Shown here: piece after piece, positions 18,118 to 28,185 of the stretch
How positions within the stretch are numbered: position 1 is the stretch's first letter
How the letters are laid out: each line of letters starts with the position of its first letter
Assembly (NCBI GenBank): GCA_028281795.1
Contig: JANQJE010000088.1
Location: 1 to 42,107, forward strand
DNA: 42,107 nucleotides
Origin: Cohaesibacteraceae bacterium
Lineage (GTDB): Bacteria; Pseudomonadota; Alphaproteobacteria; Rhizobiales; MH13
Reading direction: 5' to 3'
Translations under genes and position numbers: made by a program
The notes under the pieces: model-generated
Told to the model about the DNA's origin: nothing
What the model saw: only the letters and a program-made list of their open reading frames with translations
The model's database searches: none

Positions 18118-19050
18118 TCACGTGCCGAACAGGCCGAACTGGAATGCGACATAGGCGCCGTAGCTGGCGAGCATCAGACCGCCCTCCCGCCGGTCCAGCC
18201 GCCAGCCGGTGCGTAGCAGCACAAGCGTCACGGCGGTGGCCAATGCCATCAACCACAGATCAAGACGCATGATTTCAGGCGGCACCGGAATGGGTTTGAG
18301 GATCGCCGCCAGTCCGATGACGCCGAGAAGATTGAACAGGTTGGAACCCAGCACGCCGCCCAAAATCACCTCGGGGTGACCGCGTCGGACTGCAGCCAGT
18401 GTTGTGGCGAGCTCCGGCAGGCTGGTGCCAACAGCGATAAGCGTCAGCCCGATGACCGTTTCGCCGACACCCCAGGTGCGCGCCAGAGAAACGCCACCGT
18501 GAACCAGGAGGTCCGATCCCACAACCAGGGTGGCGAGCCCGGCAAGGGCAGCCAGGAAGGCCAGCAGAGGGTTGACATGGAGAGCGTCTTCATCAGCTTC
18601 GATACCGCCATCATTCCAAACGCAAAACGCGAAGTAGCCCGCCAGAAGCAGGAGGAAGAGCGCCCCGATCCAGGCCGTGATCACGCCCATACTTGTGCCG
18701 GCCACGAACACCGCGGTGCCCGCCAGCATCGCCATGCCGTCGCGCTTCAATGTGGCTGGCCCCGTTGTCAAAGGTTGAAGTGCTGCCCCCACACCCAAGA
18801 TCAAAAGAAGGTTGGCGATGTTGGAACCGACGACATTGCCCATGCCGATGCCTGGCGCATTCTCCATCTGCGCTTTGATGACGACGAAGAACTCCGGCAG
18901 GGACGTGCCAAGCGCCACTACGGTCAGGCTGACCAGCAAGGTGGAAAGGCCAAGCCGGTTGGCGAGCGTTACAACGGCACGCACCAGAACATCGGCACCA
19001 ACTGTCAAAAGCGCCAATCCGCAAGCGACCAAGGCCAAATCAAAGAACAC
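18118..19050 (-). CDS. Calcium/sodium antiporter (CaCA, YrbG-like)
   Basis: Two alpha repeats GTSLPE, with GNVVGSNIAN and GGVLGSNLFN. Confidence 0.93.
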   Translation of the reverse strand: MFFDLALVACGLALLTVGADVLVRAVVTLANRLGLSTLLVSLTVVALGTSLPEFFVVIKAQMENAPGIGMGNVVGSNIANLLLILGVGAALQPLTTGPATLKRDGMAMLAGTAVFVAGTSMGVITAWIGALFLLLLAGYFAFCVWNDGGIEADEDALHVNPLLAFLAALAGLATLVVGSDLLVHGGVSLARTWGVGETVIGLTLIAVGTSLPELATTLAAVRRGHPEVILGGVLGSNLFNLLGVIGLAAILKPIPVPPEIMRLDLWLMALATAVTLVLLRTGWRLDRREGGLMLASYGAYVAFQFGLFGT

Positions 19051-19051
19051 C

Positions 19052-19933
19052 CTAAAGCTCTCCGGCCAGGGCGCGGTAGCGTTGGATCAGGGAGGACGTG
19101 TCCCAGCGTCCGCCGCCAAGGCCTTGAACGTCGCCATAAAACTGATCGACCAATGCGGCGACGGGCAGGGAGACGCCCATCTGTTTGGCCTGCTCCAGCG
19201 CGATGCCAAGGTCCTTGCGCATCCAGTCGACGGCAAAGCCATGGTTGAACTCATTGTCGATCATGGTGCCGGCCCGATTAGCAAGCTGCCAGGACCCACC
19301 AGCCCCCTGGCTGACAAGCTCAGCCACAGCTTTCGGATCAAGCCCTGCCTCTTTGGCGAACCATAGACCCTCAGAGATGCCCTGCACGATGCCTGCAATG
19401 CAGATCTGATTGACCATCTTGGTCAACTGCCCAGCCCCTATATCGCCAAAGCGTCTGACAACCTTGGCGTAGGCCTGCATGACCGGCTCGGCGCGGGCAA
19501 AGTCATCTTCGTCACCGCCGCACATGATCGCAAGCTGACCGTTCTCGGCACCCGCCTGACCGCCGGAGACCGGGGCATCGACATAGCCGACACCCTTCGC
19601 CTTGGCTTCGGCCGCCAGTTCCCGCGTGACAATGGCTGACACGGTGGTGTGATCGACGAACAGCGTGCCATCGGCCAAGCCGGCCAGAGCACCATCCTCT
19701 CCCAACACAACCGAACGTAGATCATCATCATTGCCGACACAGGCGAACACGATCTCCGCGCCGTCGACCGTCTCTTTGGGGGTTACGCCAAAGGAGCCGC
19801 CATGCTGGGTAGCCCAGGCTTCGGCCTTGGCGGTGGTGCGGTTGTATACAGACACCGCATCACCAGCCTTCGCCAGATGCCCCGCCATTGGCGCACCCAT
19901 TACGCCCATTCCCAAGAATGCTAGCTTCGCCAT
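19052..19933 (-). CDS. NAD(P)-dependent beta-hydroxyacid dehydrogenase (3-hydroxyisobutyrate DH / tartronate semialdehyde reductase family)
   Basis: GMGVMGAPMA, DAPVSGG, KMVNQ, F...WMRKDL. Confidence 0.92.
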   Translation of the reverse strand: MAKLAFLGMGVMGAPMAGHLAKAGDAVSVYNRTTAKAEAWATQHGGSFGVTPKETVDGAEIVFACVGNDDDLRSVVLGEDGALAGLADGTLFVDHTTVSAIVTRELAAEAKAKGVGYVDAPVSGGQAGAENGQLAIMCGGDEDDFARAEPVMQAYAKVVRRFGDIGAGQLTKMVNQICIAGIVQGISEGLWFAKEAGLDPKAVAELVSQGAGGSWQLANRAGTMIDNEFNHGFAVDWMRKDLGIALEQAKQMGVSLPVAALVDQFYGDVQGLGGGRWDTSSLIQRYRALAGEL

Positions 19934-19950
19934 TCGCTTCTCCTCAAACT

Positions 19951-22053
19951 CTAGTCGATAAGCTGGACGATGGCCGCGTCGCGCCCGTCAAGCCGGGCGC
20001 GGAGCGCACCGCCTTCAACCGCCACCTCGCCACGCACCACCGAGCCGGAACCATCCAAGGGAACGTCGATTTCGATAGGCCCACGGCTTGGATTCACCAG
20101 CCACAAGAAGCGCCGGCCATTGCCTTCGCAAAGCCGCGCGAAGCAGGGTGCGGGCAGTGCATAAGGTGGCGCGAGACCTGCCCATGCTGCGGCTTGCGCA
20201 AAAAACGCCGAACCGCCGCGCTTATAGGCGCCATAGCCCGGATGTGTGCCGCACAGAAGCGTTCGACCCTTGCCATGCTGGTGGCCGGCCAAGGCCGCGA
20301 GACCTCTTGCGTAGGGTCCGGCACTTTCGGTGTAGTGGCCCAACACGTCGGCGCCTTCGGTCTCAAACGCCTGCGTGTACAACCCACCGCGAGTCACCTT
20401 TCCAGACCAGTCAAATGCCACATCATCGGCGATATCGGCAAAGAACTCTTCATGGACTTGCCGAACACCAAAAAGCGTCTGAAGCCACTCAGCCGTTTCC
20501 TCTGGCGTCACCCAACCCTCTTCGGTGAAGTATCCAGGGAAACCTTCCGATATGAGCGTGCCGCCTGTTGCAACCCAGTCCACAAGGCGACGGCGCAGTG
20601 CGATGGGCAGTGTAGCGGGGAATGGCAGATAGATGGTGACGTGATCGTCCATCTGGTCTGGGATGATGAAATCGGGCTGATAACCCGCCTCATGAAACCC
20701 CCGATAGGCCCCGCGTGCTGACTTGGCATAGAAATCAGTCGAGCCATGCATGGCGAGCGCCTGATGCTGGCTTTCTTCGACAGCCAGGATCGCAAGGTCG
20801 CCGCGAACCGGCCTGGCATCCCAAAGACCGGTCGATTCCACCTCTTTCACCCAATGCGCCATCTCAGCGGTTATGGCTGAACGATCGGTTGGCCCGCCGT
20901 CATTGCCATAGGGTCCAAGCGTGCCGAACAGCGGCCCAGAGAGAAGCGGGCGCATACGCGGAAACATGATGCCTCGGGTGCCGCCGGCCATGGACATCAG
21001 GTTGGAAAGACGAATGTCCTCGGGATGCCTCAACCGCCCATCATCGCGGGGACGTCCTATCTGAAAGTCCCGCATCCAGACAGGCCCGCCTTGATGCTCG
21101 GCATGCCAGAACGGCTTGCCCCGGCTCGCTGAGCGGCTGAGGTCGACCGCATGCATGTGCATCCAAGGCTCCACCCCATGGCGCGACTGAACATAGGTGA
21201 AGCCATAGCTGTCCACCGTTTCAGCGGAGCGCCAATCATGGCTACCGGCGAGTGACAGGGTTTGCAGCGCCTGGGCCTGCCCATGGCTGGTAATTGGTGT
21301 GTTCGGGTCCGCTGCACGCAAGGTTTCCGCGCGCCAGGCCATCTGCTCGACAATGTTGTCGACGCGAAAACGCAGCCAGTCGAGCGACTGGGTGTAGAAG
21401 GCAAGCTTCATCGGTGCGCGGACCTGGGCCCAGTCCGTGTAACCGAACTGGCACCAGGCCTCGCACAGCGATTCCAGTGAACCATACTTAGCCTTCAACC
21501 AGGCACGAAACGCCTCATGCGTGGGCTCGGAAAAGTCATAATCGACCTGCTTGCCCCACTGATTTTGCGGGAACTTGGCCTCATTGACGATGTCGTAATA
21601 GCCAAGGCCTGGATGGTCACGATAGCGTTCGGCAAGCCGGGTCAAGAACTCGCAAGCGAGGTCTCGCGCGCCCGAATGGTTGAGCGTGAGACCCGGAAAC
21701 CCGCCCGACGAACAGGAGCCGGACATTTGCGGTTCGTCGGGCCGGCCATTGCGATGCACCAGTCGCGCCTCGGGATACCGTTCCCAGGCCCAGATCGGAG
21801 CTGATGTGAGCTTTTCCTGCACAATGGTGAGGAGCCCGTGCTCAGCGGCGAGGTCGAGCTGGCGGTCATACTTGGACCAGTCCCATACGCCTGGCGCGGG
21901 ATTGACTGCCGACCAGAGCGTCCAGTGGCGAAACACCGTCCAGCCATCTTTGGTGGCCTGGGCGTAGTCTCGTTCCCAATCCTTTTCCGGCGGATTGGAA
22001 CGGCGGTAGTAGACCGCGCCGTAAGGGAAAGTCGGGCGGGCAGGGCGGCTCAT
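19951..22053 (-). CDS. GH42-like glycoside hydrolase (beta-galactosidase family) with trimerization domain
   Basis: YGAVYY, WSAVNPAPGVWDW, acid/base IVNE, FRAWLKAKYGSLESLCEAW, nucleophile region FWHAEHQ. ATGA overlap at 22050-22053. Confidence 0.85.
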   Translation of the reverse strand: MSRPARPTFPYGAVYYRRSNPPEKDWERDYAQATKDGWTVFRHWTLWSAVNPAPGVWDWSKYDRQLDLAAEHGLLTIVQEKLTSAPIWAWERYPEARLVHRNGRPDEPQMSGSCSSGGFPGLTLNHSGARDLACEFLTRLAERYRDHPGLGYYDIVNEAKFPQNQWGKQVDYDFSEPTHEAFRAWLKAKYGSLESLCEAWCQFGYTDWAQVRAPMKLAFYTQSLDWLRFRVDNIVEQMAWRAETLRAADPNTPITSHGQAQALQTLSLAGSHDWRSAETVDSYGFTYVQSRHGVEPWMHMHAVDLSRSASRGKPFWHAEHQGGPVWMRDFQIGRPRDDGRLRHPEDIRLSNLMSMAGGTRGIMFPRMRPLLSGPLFGTLGPYGNDGGPTDRSAITAEMAHWVKEVESTGLWDARPVRGDLAILAVEESQHQALAMHGSTDFYAKSARGAYRGFHEAGYQPDFIIPDQMDDHVTIYLPFPATLPIALRRRLVDWVATGGTLISEGFPGYFTEEGWVTPEETAEWLQTLFGVRQVHEEFFADIADDVAFDWSGKVTRGGLYTQAFETEGADVLGHYTESAGPYARGLAALAGHQHGKGRTLLCGTHPGYGAYKRGGSAFFAQAAAWAGLAPPYALPAPCFARLCEGNGRRFLWLVNPSRGPIEIDVPLDGSGSVVRGEVAVEGGALRARLDGRDAAIVQLID

Positions 22054-23135
22054 ACCTTGTACTTGGCCATTGCCTTGTCGTTCCATTCCAACCCGGCCCC
22101 CGGCGCAGTCGGAACCGTGACCGTGCCATCCGGATTAAGGCGCAGGCCGGTCTCGTACTTCATGACCCGGAAGTGGTCGTACTCTTCGGGGTAGAACTCA
22201 AGGTAGAGGCCGTTGGGAATGGCGGACAGCAGATGCACATGAATTTGCTGTTCACCATGCGGTGCGATGACCCGACCGTGCGTGTCGGCATAGCTGGCGA
22301 TCTTCATGAACTCCGTCACGCCGCCGCAATTGGTGCCGTCGGCTTGCACGATCGGCGTCCCGGAGCCGTGGATAAACTCGCGGAACCCGAAGCGCGTGTA
22401 CTCATTCTCGCCGCCGACAATGGGTATCGAGGTCGTCTGGGCAATGCGGGCATAACCCTCGATATCGTCCGGTTGTACGGGTTCTTCGAACCAAAACACG
22501 TCATACGGCTCGACCATGCGTGCAAACTGGATCGCTTCGAACGCCTTGTAAGCGCAGTTGGCATCGATCATCACCTTGATTTCCGGGCCGACCGCATCGC
22601 GCACGGCACGCACCCGTTCGGCATCCTCGGCCATGGGCACGGCGCCGACCTTCATCTTCACGGCTTTGGCGCCGTACCGCACATACGCCTCCATCTCTTC
22701 GGCAAGCTCTTTCAGACCCTTGTCCGGTGCGTAGTAGCCACCCGCGCAATAAATGTTCAGCGTGTCGGTAAAGCCGCCGATCATGGTGGAAAGCGGCAAG
22801 CCGGCGACCTTCGCTTTGATGTCCCAAAGAGCGATGTCGAGTGAGGATTGGGCGCGTGTTTCCATGCCGCGGCGCCCTCGGCGTTTCGGCGAATACAGCT
22901 TGTGCCAAAGCTTCTCCGTCATGAGCGGATTTTCGCCGATGAGGAGTTCCTTCATCATCTCGCGGCTGGCCTGCTCATTGTGCCGCGTCCCGCCGATGGA
23001 ATGCCCTACCACGCCCTTATCTGTGTAGATGCGGATCACCCAGCCACCGCCTTTGGAATAGGTGTGCAATCCGTTGGAGAGCGGCACCGGCTTGTCCCAC
23101 TCATAAGCGTCGAAGGTGATGTCGGTGATCTTCAT
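22050..23135 (-). CDS. Mandelate racemase/MLE-family enolase (acid-sugar dehydratase; resembles D-tartrate dehydratase in the barrel region)
   Basis: DIALWDIKAK, YCAGGYY, KMK, IDAN / EEP / GENE metal ligands, QAD...APH dyad. ATG 23135 in ATGA overlap. Confidence 0.9.
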   Translation of the reverse strand: MKITDITFDAYEWDKPVPLSNGLHTYSKGGGWVIRIYTDKGVVGHSIGGTRHNEQASREMMKELLIGENPLMTEKLWHKLYSPKRRGRRGMETRAQSSLDIALWDIKAKVAGLPLSTMIGGFTDTLNIYCAGGYYAPDKGLKELAEEMEAYVRYGAKAVKMKVGAVPMAEDAERVRAVRDAVGPEIKVMIDANCAYKAFEAIQFARMVEPYDVFWFEEPVQPDDIEGYARIAQTTSIPIVGGENEYTRFGFREFIHGSGTPIVQADGTNCGGVTEFMKIASYADTHGRVIAPHGEQQIHVHLLSAIPNGLYLEFYPEEYDHFRVMKYETGLRLNPDGTVTVPTAPGAGLEWNDKAMAKYKV

Positions 23136-24118
23136 GAGGAGTCCTGAGGGCTGTCCTTGTGGGTGGCCATGATGGCTGCGATTTCGTCCATGGCCTGTTG
23201 CGGTAAGGGGCCGTGACTGAGCGCGCCGAGAATGTCGCGCATCTGCGCTTCCGTCTTGAAGCCGGGGATGGGGAGGGTGTTGTGCGAGCGGGCCATAAGC
23301 CAGCCGAGCGCTCCTTGGACCGGCGTGCGTCCGCCGACCGTCAGCCACTCGCGCAACCTGTCATAAGTGGCCAGACGGCGCGCCTCGCGGCCCTCCGCGA
23401 GACTCCATTTCGTCTTGCGTACATCGCCATCGGCAAGCTGGCTGCTCGCGCCGTACTTGCCGGTCAGGATACCCTGCGCCAATGGCTCGCGGCACAGCAC
23501 CGCCAACCCTTCGCGTTCGCACAGGGACAGAAGCTCTGATGTGCCGTCGAAGACGTTAAGGCGCATCTGCACCGCGCCAAAACATCGTGATCCGATCCAG
23601 TTTTGCGCACATTGCGCGCTATCGGTGGACCAGCCATAGGCCCGTATTTTTCCGTCACCGACCAGACGTTCCAGAACCTCCCGGACGCCATCGCTGACCG
23701 CGGTATCAAGGGTGTTGATGTGCAACTGGTAAAGATCGATCCGGTCGGTCTTCAGCCGCCTCAACGACCCTTCGCAGGCAGCACGGATGTCCTCTGGTGA
23801 CGTAACATCGCCCGGCAGCCTTTCGCGCTTCTCCTCATCCATACGCTTACCGAACTTGGTCGCAATCAGAACCTTCTCACGCCGTGCACCAAGCAAGGCG
23901 CCAAGCTCGAGTTCGGCATGGCCCGCGCCATAGACGTCGGCAGTATCGATCAGGCCGATACCGGCGTCGAGCGCGAGCTCCACGCCTCGTCTTGCTTCGG
24001 CTGCGTCGACGCCGGGCCAGCCTTTCTGCGTATCGCCAGAAAGGGCCGTACCGCCCATGGCAAAGGTGCCGATGCCAAGCTGCGGAATCGTCCAACCAAG
24101 GCGATCAAAGACTCTCAT
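23132..24118 (-). CDS. Aldo/keto reductase
   Basis: LGIGT, IDTADVYGAG, IATKFG, SLRRLKTDRIDLYQLH, PLAQGILTGKY, PIPG. Confidence 0.95.
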   Translation of the reverse strand: MRVFDRLGWTIPQLGIGTFAMGGTALSGDTQKGWPGVDAAEARRGVELALDAGIGLIDTADVYGAGHAELELGALLGARREKVLIATKFGKRMDEEKRERLPGDVTSPEDIRAACEGSLRRLKTDRIDLYQLHINTLDTAVSDGVREVLERLVGDGKIRAYGWSTDSAQCAQNWIGSRCFGAVQMRLNVFDGTSELLSLCEREGLAVLCREPLAQGILTGKYGASSQLADGDVRKTKWSLAEGREARRLATYDRLREWLTVGGRTPVQGALGWLMARSHNTLPIPGFKTEAQMRDILGALSHGPLPQQAMDEIAAIMATHKDSPQDSS

Positions 24119-25293
24119 TGGTCCACCACGAAGCCGTCAAAATGGGAGCGCATGGCGACACCACGCCGAATGGCTGGCGCGCTGCGGCCCAAATCGGTGA
24201 GTGCCATTCCAAGGCCGGGTGCGGTTGGGATGTCGACAAAACCGTCATTAACGGCAGGGATGGCTGTGACTAGCTGTTGACCGCGCAACATATCGCCCGC
24301 CGCCTCGCCATCTTCTTCGATAGACTCGTAATCCAGTCCCACAGTCGGGAACTCCTGAATCGTGAAATTGGGGATCGCCGCATCAAGCTGAAGACAGGCG
24401 GCGAGCGAGATGGGTGACAGCGGGTTGTGTGGGATGACGCCGATGTCCATCGCCTCGGCCATCGCAGCGATCTTGCGTGCCCCCGTGATCCCGCCACAAA
24501 GGCACACCGAAATGCGCGCATAGGTCAGCGCATCGCGGGCGAAGTGGTTTTGAAAATCGTAAAGCGAGTGGAAGCGTTCACCGGTGGCAACCGGAACAGA
24601 CACCTTGCCGGCGACGCGGCCCATGGAGTCTGCCGAAGTTGGCGCGATCGGGTCCTCGTAGAACATCGGCCGGTAAGGCGCAATTTCATTGGCGAAGACG
24701 ATTGCTTCAGCGGGTGTCAAGCGGCGATGGATTTCGATGCACAGATCGACATCATTGCCGAGCGTCTCGCGCAGATCGGCGACAAGAGAGACCGCATCGT
24801 CGATCTTCTGCGCGTGAGATTTGGAATAAGCGAGTGACCGATCTTCATCCAAGAATGGATTGAGGTGACCAATGGCAGTAAAACCCTGCACCTTGCGAGC
24901 CAGGCAATTGTCGATCATCTGCTGGCGTGTCTGCGCTTTCACATGGCAGTAGACACGCGCCTTGGTGCGCGTTGGTCCACCAAGAAGTTGGTGGATCGGC
25001 ACGCCAAGCGCCTGGCCTTTGATGTCCCAAAGGGCGATGTCGATGCCGGAAATCGCCGCGCAAATGGCCGCGCCGCGAAACCAACCAAAGCGGTGCATCA
25101 TGTTCCAGTGGCGTTCGATTGGCATAGGGTCTTCGCCAAGGAGGTAGTCGCCAAACTTCTCGACTGCCGTTTGTGCGGCTTCCAACTGGCCCCAGGCCCC
25201 GCACTCACCCGTACCGACAAGACCAGTGTCCGTTTCCACCTCCACGAAAAGGTATCGATCGGTCAGATAGGGGGTGACGCGGGCGATTTTCAT
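24115..25293 (-). CDS. Mandelate racemase-family dehydratase, divergent galactonate dehydratase (DgoD)-like
   Basis: FVEVETDTGLVGTGE, AISGIDIALWDIKGQALGVPIHQLLGG, EIHRR, YEDP, TGER, PHNPLSP, IQE. Confidence 0.88.
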   Translation of the reverse strand: MKIARVTPYLTDRYLFVEVETDTGLVGTGECGAWGQLEAAQTAVEKFGDYLLGEDPMPIERHWNMMHRFGWFRGAAICAAISGIDIALWDIKGQALGVPIHQLLGGPTRTKARVYCHVKAQTRQQMIDNCLARKVQGFTAIGHLNPFLDEDRSLAYSKSHAQKIDDAVSLVADLRETLGNDVDLCIEIHRRLTPAEAIVFANEIAPYRPMFYEDPIAPTSADSMGRVAGKVSVPVATGERFHSLYDFQNHFARDALTYARISVCLCGGITGARKIAAMAEAMDIGVIPHNPLSPISLAACLQLDAAIPNFTIQEFPTVGLDYESIEEDGEAAGDMLRGQQLVTAIPAVNDGFVDIPTAPGLGMALTDLGRSAPAIRRGVAMRSHFDGFVVDQ

Positions 25294-25303
25294 TGGCGAG
25301 TGT

Positions 25304-26401
25304 TCAAGCAACGGACGCAGCCTCCACATCCTGTTCGATGATCACTTCGCCACCGCGTGTGATGAGGCGGGCGCCGAGGCCTTCGGAAAGCTCGACCAGC
25401 CTGGCGGTTAGCACGGTACCCTCAGGCGAGGATGGGTCCAAGACAGCGATGTCGTTGTCGGCGTTGCGCCGCACCGGTACGAGCCCGAGATGGGCGATTC
25501 CGCCAGCGCCAATCACGCACCGAACCATCAGGCCGTCGAGGTTGCGACCGCGCATCTTTTGCCAATCAAAGGCAAAGTTGCCGAGCGAGTAAAAGATTGG
25601 GCGGCCCTTGTAGAGTTCGATGCCGCCAATCATGTGCGAGTGGGTGCCGTAGACCAGGTTGGCACCGGCATCGATGGCGGCTTTGCCGATCTCGGTCTGG
25701 TAAGCGACATGTTCTTCCTGGCTTGAAACGCCCCAATGGCAAGCGACGATGACGATGTCGGCTTTGGTTTTGGCCGCCTCGACGTCGCCCGCCATGGCCG
25801 CCAGTTCGGAAGGGTCGGCCCAGGTGTGGATCTCTGGCGGGGCGCCCGGCATTTCCAAAACGCGCCTACCTGGTTGGTAAGCCGTATGCCCCTTGATGGT
25901 GGCCACGCCCGGCGAGTGGGCCGTTGCCGGTTGCTCAATGGGCCAGAACACCGACGTGTAAGAGAGAAGAGCGACCTTGATGCCGCCCGCCTCGACCAGG
26001 GCCGGTGCGCGCGCTTCGGCAAGGTTGCGCCCACCACCGGCATGGGCAATGCCGGCACGACCAAGATGCTCCGCGGTCTCAACGGCCACGCTGGGTGGAA
26101 ACGTCACGTTGGAGGCAAAGCTGACGGCATTGAACCCCACCACCTTGAATCCTTCAACCACGGACGGGTCAGAGTGCCGCCATCCTTGTTTGTAAGAGAT
26201 ATCGGGCGCCAGCGGGTCTTCGCTGGGTTTCGACAGCGGGCACTCAAGCTGCCCCATGAGCAGATCAAATCCGCGCAGCGTTTCGCGCACTTCGCTGAAG
26301 GCCGATGCCGGGTCCTCGCGCCCTTGAACATTGGTATCGCCAACCAAGCCAAGCGTGATCTCACCGGATTGAGGCCGGCGGGCCCAGTTCCACGCGGTCA
26401 T
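25304..26401 (-). CDS. CapA/PgsA (PGA_cap)-family metallophosphoesterase-like protein, no signal peptide
   Basis: VGD, QLE-x-P, HAGGGRNLAEARAP, CHWG, GTHSH, YSLGNFAF. ATGA overlap with the ATPase. Confidence 0.85.
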   Translation of the reverse strand: MTAWNWARRPQSGEITLGLVGDTNVQGREDPASAFSEVRETLRGFDLLMGQLECPLSKPSEDPLAPDISYKQGWRHSDPSVVEGFKVVGFNAVSFASNVTFPPSVAVETAEHLGRAGIAHAGGGRNLAEARAPALVEAGGIKVALLSYTSVFWPIEQPATAHSPGVATIKGHTAYQPGRRVLEMPGAPPEIHTWADPSELAAMAGDVEAAKTKADIVIVACHWGVSSQEEHVAYQTEIGKAAIDAGANLVYGTHSHMIGGIELYKGRPIFYSLGNFAFDWQKMRGRNLDGLMVRCVIGAGGIAHLGLVPVRRNADNDIAVLDPSSPEGTVLTARLVELSEGLGARLITRGGEVIIEQDVEAASVA

Positions 26402-28176
26402 GCAGATGCTCCATTGCTGAGGAGATCGGCATCCTTGGCCACATAGCGGTGACGATCGGCAATGCGCCGCCGTGTCGGGTCAGGTCTGGGAACAGCCGAA
26501 AGAAGCGCCTTGGTGTAAGCGTGGGTGGGATTGTCGCAAACCTCACGGGCATTGCCGATTTCGACAACCTCGCCGCGATACATCACCGCCACGCGGTCGC
26601 AGAAGTAGCGCACCGTTGAGATGTCGTGACTGATGAAGATGAAGCTCAGATTGAAGCTTTCCTGAAACTCCAACAGCAGGTCGAGGATCTGGGAGCGCAA
26701 TGATACATCCAGCGCTGAGGTTGCTTCATCCGCGATGATCAGTTTGGGATTGGGCGCGAGCGCGCGGGCGATACCGATGCGTTGGCGTTGTCCGCCGGAA
26801 AAGGCGTGTGGGTAGCGTTCCATGTGCTCCGGCTTCAGGCCAACGCGAACCAGAAGATCGGCGACACGATCTCGGTTTTCGGCCGGTGTCCCGAGCTTGC
26901 GATTGCGCAAAGGCTCGCCGATCAGTTGCTCCACCGTCATCCGCGGATTGAGGCTGGCGTATGGATCCTGAAAGATCATGCGAATGTCAGCGTAAAGGTC
27001 GCGCAAGCCTTTCTTGTCGAGGCCTGTGATCTCGGTGTCTGTGCCGCGTCCGCGATAGAGTATCTGACCGGATGTGGGCTCATGCATGCGCATAATGCAG
27101 CGCCCAAGGGTGGTCTTGCCGGAGCCGCTTTCCCCCACCACCCCGAGCGTTTCGCTGGGCATGAGATCGAAGCTGACATCGTTGACGGCTCGCACGCCCT
27201 CAGCGACCAGTTTTCCCAGCATTGTGCGCTTGGCAGCAAACTGCTTGACCAAACCGCGTACTTCCAGAATTGGCTCCTGACCCGTTTGCGCGGCCTGCTT
27301 TGCCTGCATTGCGATCTTGATTGGAGATGGCTCTTCAAGGCGGACCGCCGACCCGATGAGCATCTTTGTGTAGTCTTCGCGCGGGTTGGCGAAGATATCT
27401 TCGACGGTTCCGCTCTCGACATGCTGGCCGCGATACATGACCGCAACTTCATCGGCGATCTCGGCGACGACGCCCATGTCGTGGGTGATAAACATCACCG
27501 CCATGCCATACTCGTCCTGAAGCTCCTGAATGAGATCCAGGATTTCGGCCTGCGTAGTGACATCAAGGGCCGTTGTCGGCTCGTCGGCGATCAGCACTTT
27601 CGGGTTGCAGGCAAGTGCCATGGCGATCATGGCACGCTGGCGCATGCCGCCGGAGTATTCGAACGGGTAGCGGTCGGCGGTCCGTTCGGGGTCGGGGATT
27701 TCCACGCGCCGCAACAGCTCGACCACCCTCGCGCGACGGGCCTTTTGATCGAGGTTCGTGTGGAGGATCAGGCTTTCTTCGATTTGAAACCCGATCGTGT
27801 GAACCGGCGACAGGGAGGACATCGGCTCTTGAAAGATCATTGCAATGTCGGCACCGCGAATTGCCCGGATTTCCGGTGATCTGTCGCCCATTTCGTGCAA
27901 GGCGACATCGCCGTCCTCGCGGTGCAGGATGACGTCTCCGCCGGTGATCTTGCCAGGCTCGGGAACAATGCGAAGGATCGACCGGGCGGTGACCGATTTG
28001 CCCGAGCCGCTCTCGCCGACAATGCACAGTGTCTTGCCGCGTTTCAGTGTGAAGCTGACATCGTCAACGGCCTTCAGCGTGTGCGTGCGCAGTGCAAATT
28101 CCGTTTTCATGTTGCGCACGGTCAAAACCGCGTCTGGATCAACCGGGTTCATGGGAATGACGTGTCCGCGTTCCAC
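26398..28176 (-). CDS. Oligopeptide/dipeptide-type ABC ATP-binding protein, fused double ATPase
   Basis: Two GESGSGK Walker A motifs, YSGGMRQR and [16 protein letters not shown] and [11 protein letters not shown] follows GGAGG. Confidence 0.95.
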   Translation of the reverse strand: MERGHVIPMNPVDPDAVLTVRNMKTEFALRTHTLKAVDDVSFTLKRGKTLCIVGESGSGKSVTARSILRIVPEPGKITGGDVILHREDGDVALHEMGDRSPEIRAIRGADIAMIFQEPMSSLSPVHTIGFQIEESLILHTNLDQKARRARVVELLRRVEIPDPERTADRYPFEYSGGMRQRAMIAMALACNPKVLIADEPTTALDVTTQAEILDLIQELQDEYGMAVMFITHDMGVVAEIADEVAVMYRGQHVESGTVEDIFANPREDYTKMLIGSAVRLEEPSPIKIAMQAKQAAQTGQEPILEVRGLVKQFAAKRTMLGKLVAEGVRAVNDVSFDLMPSETLGVVGESGSGKTTLGRCIMRMHEPTSGQILYRGRGTDTEITGLDKKGLRDLYADIRMIFQDPYASLNPRMTVEQLIGEPLRNRKLGTPAENRDRVADLLVRVGLKPEHMERYPHAFSGGQRQRIGIARALAPNPKLIIADEATSALDVSLRSQILDLLLEFQESFNLSFIFISHDISTVRYFCDRVAVMYRGEVVEIGNAREVCDNPTHAYTKALLSAVPRPDPTRRRIADRHRYVAKDADLLSNGASA

Positions 28177-28185
28177 TCCGACCTC

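Noticed and set aside
25304-26401. Poly-gamma-glutamate capsule locus
   Set aside because: No capB, capC or capE, no membrane anchor, and the context is catabolic.
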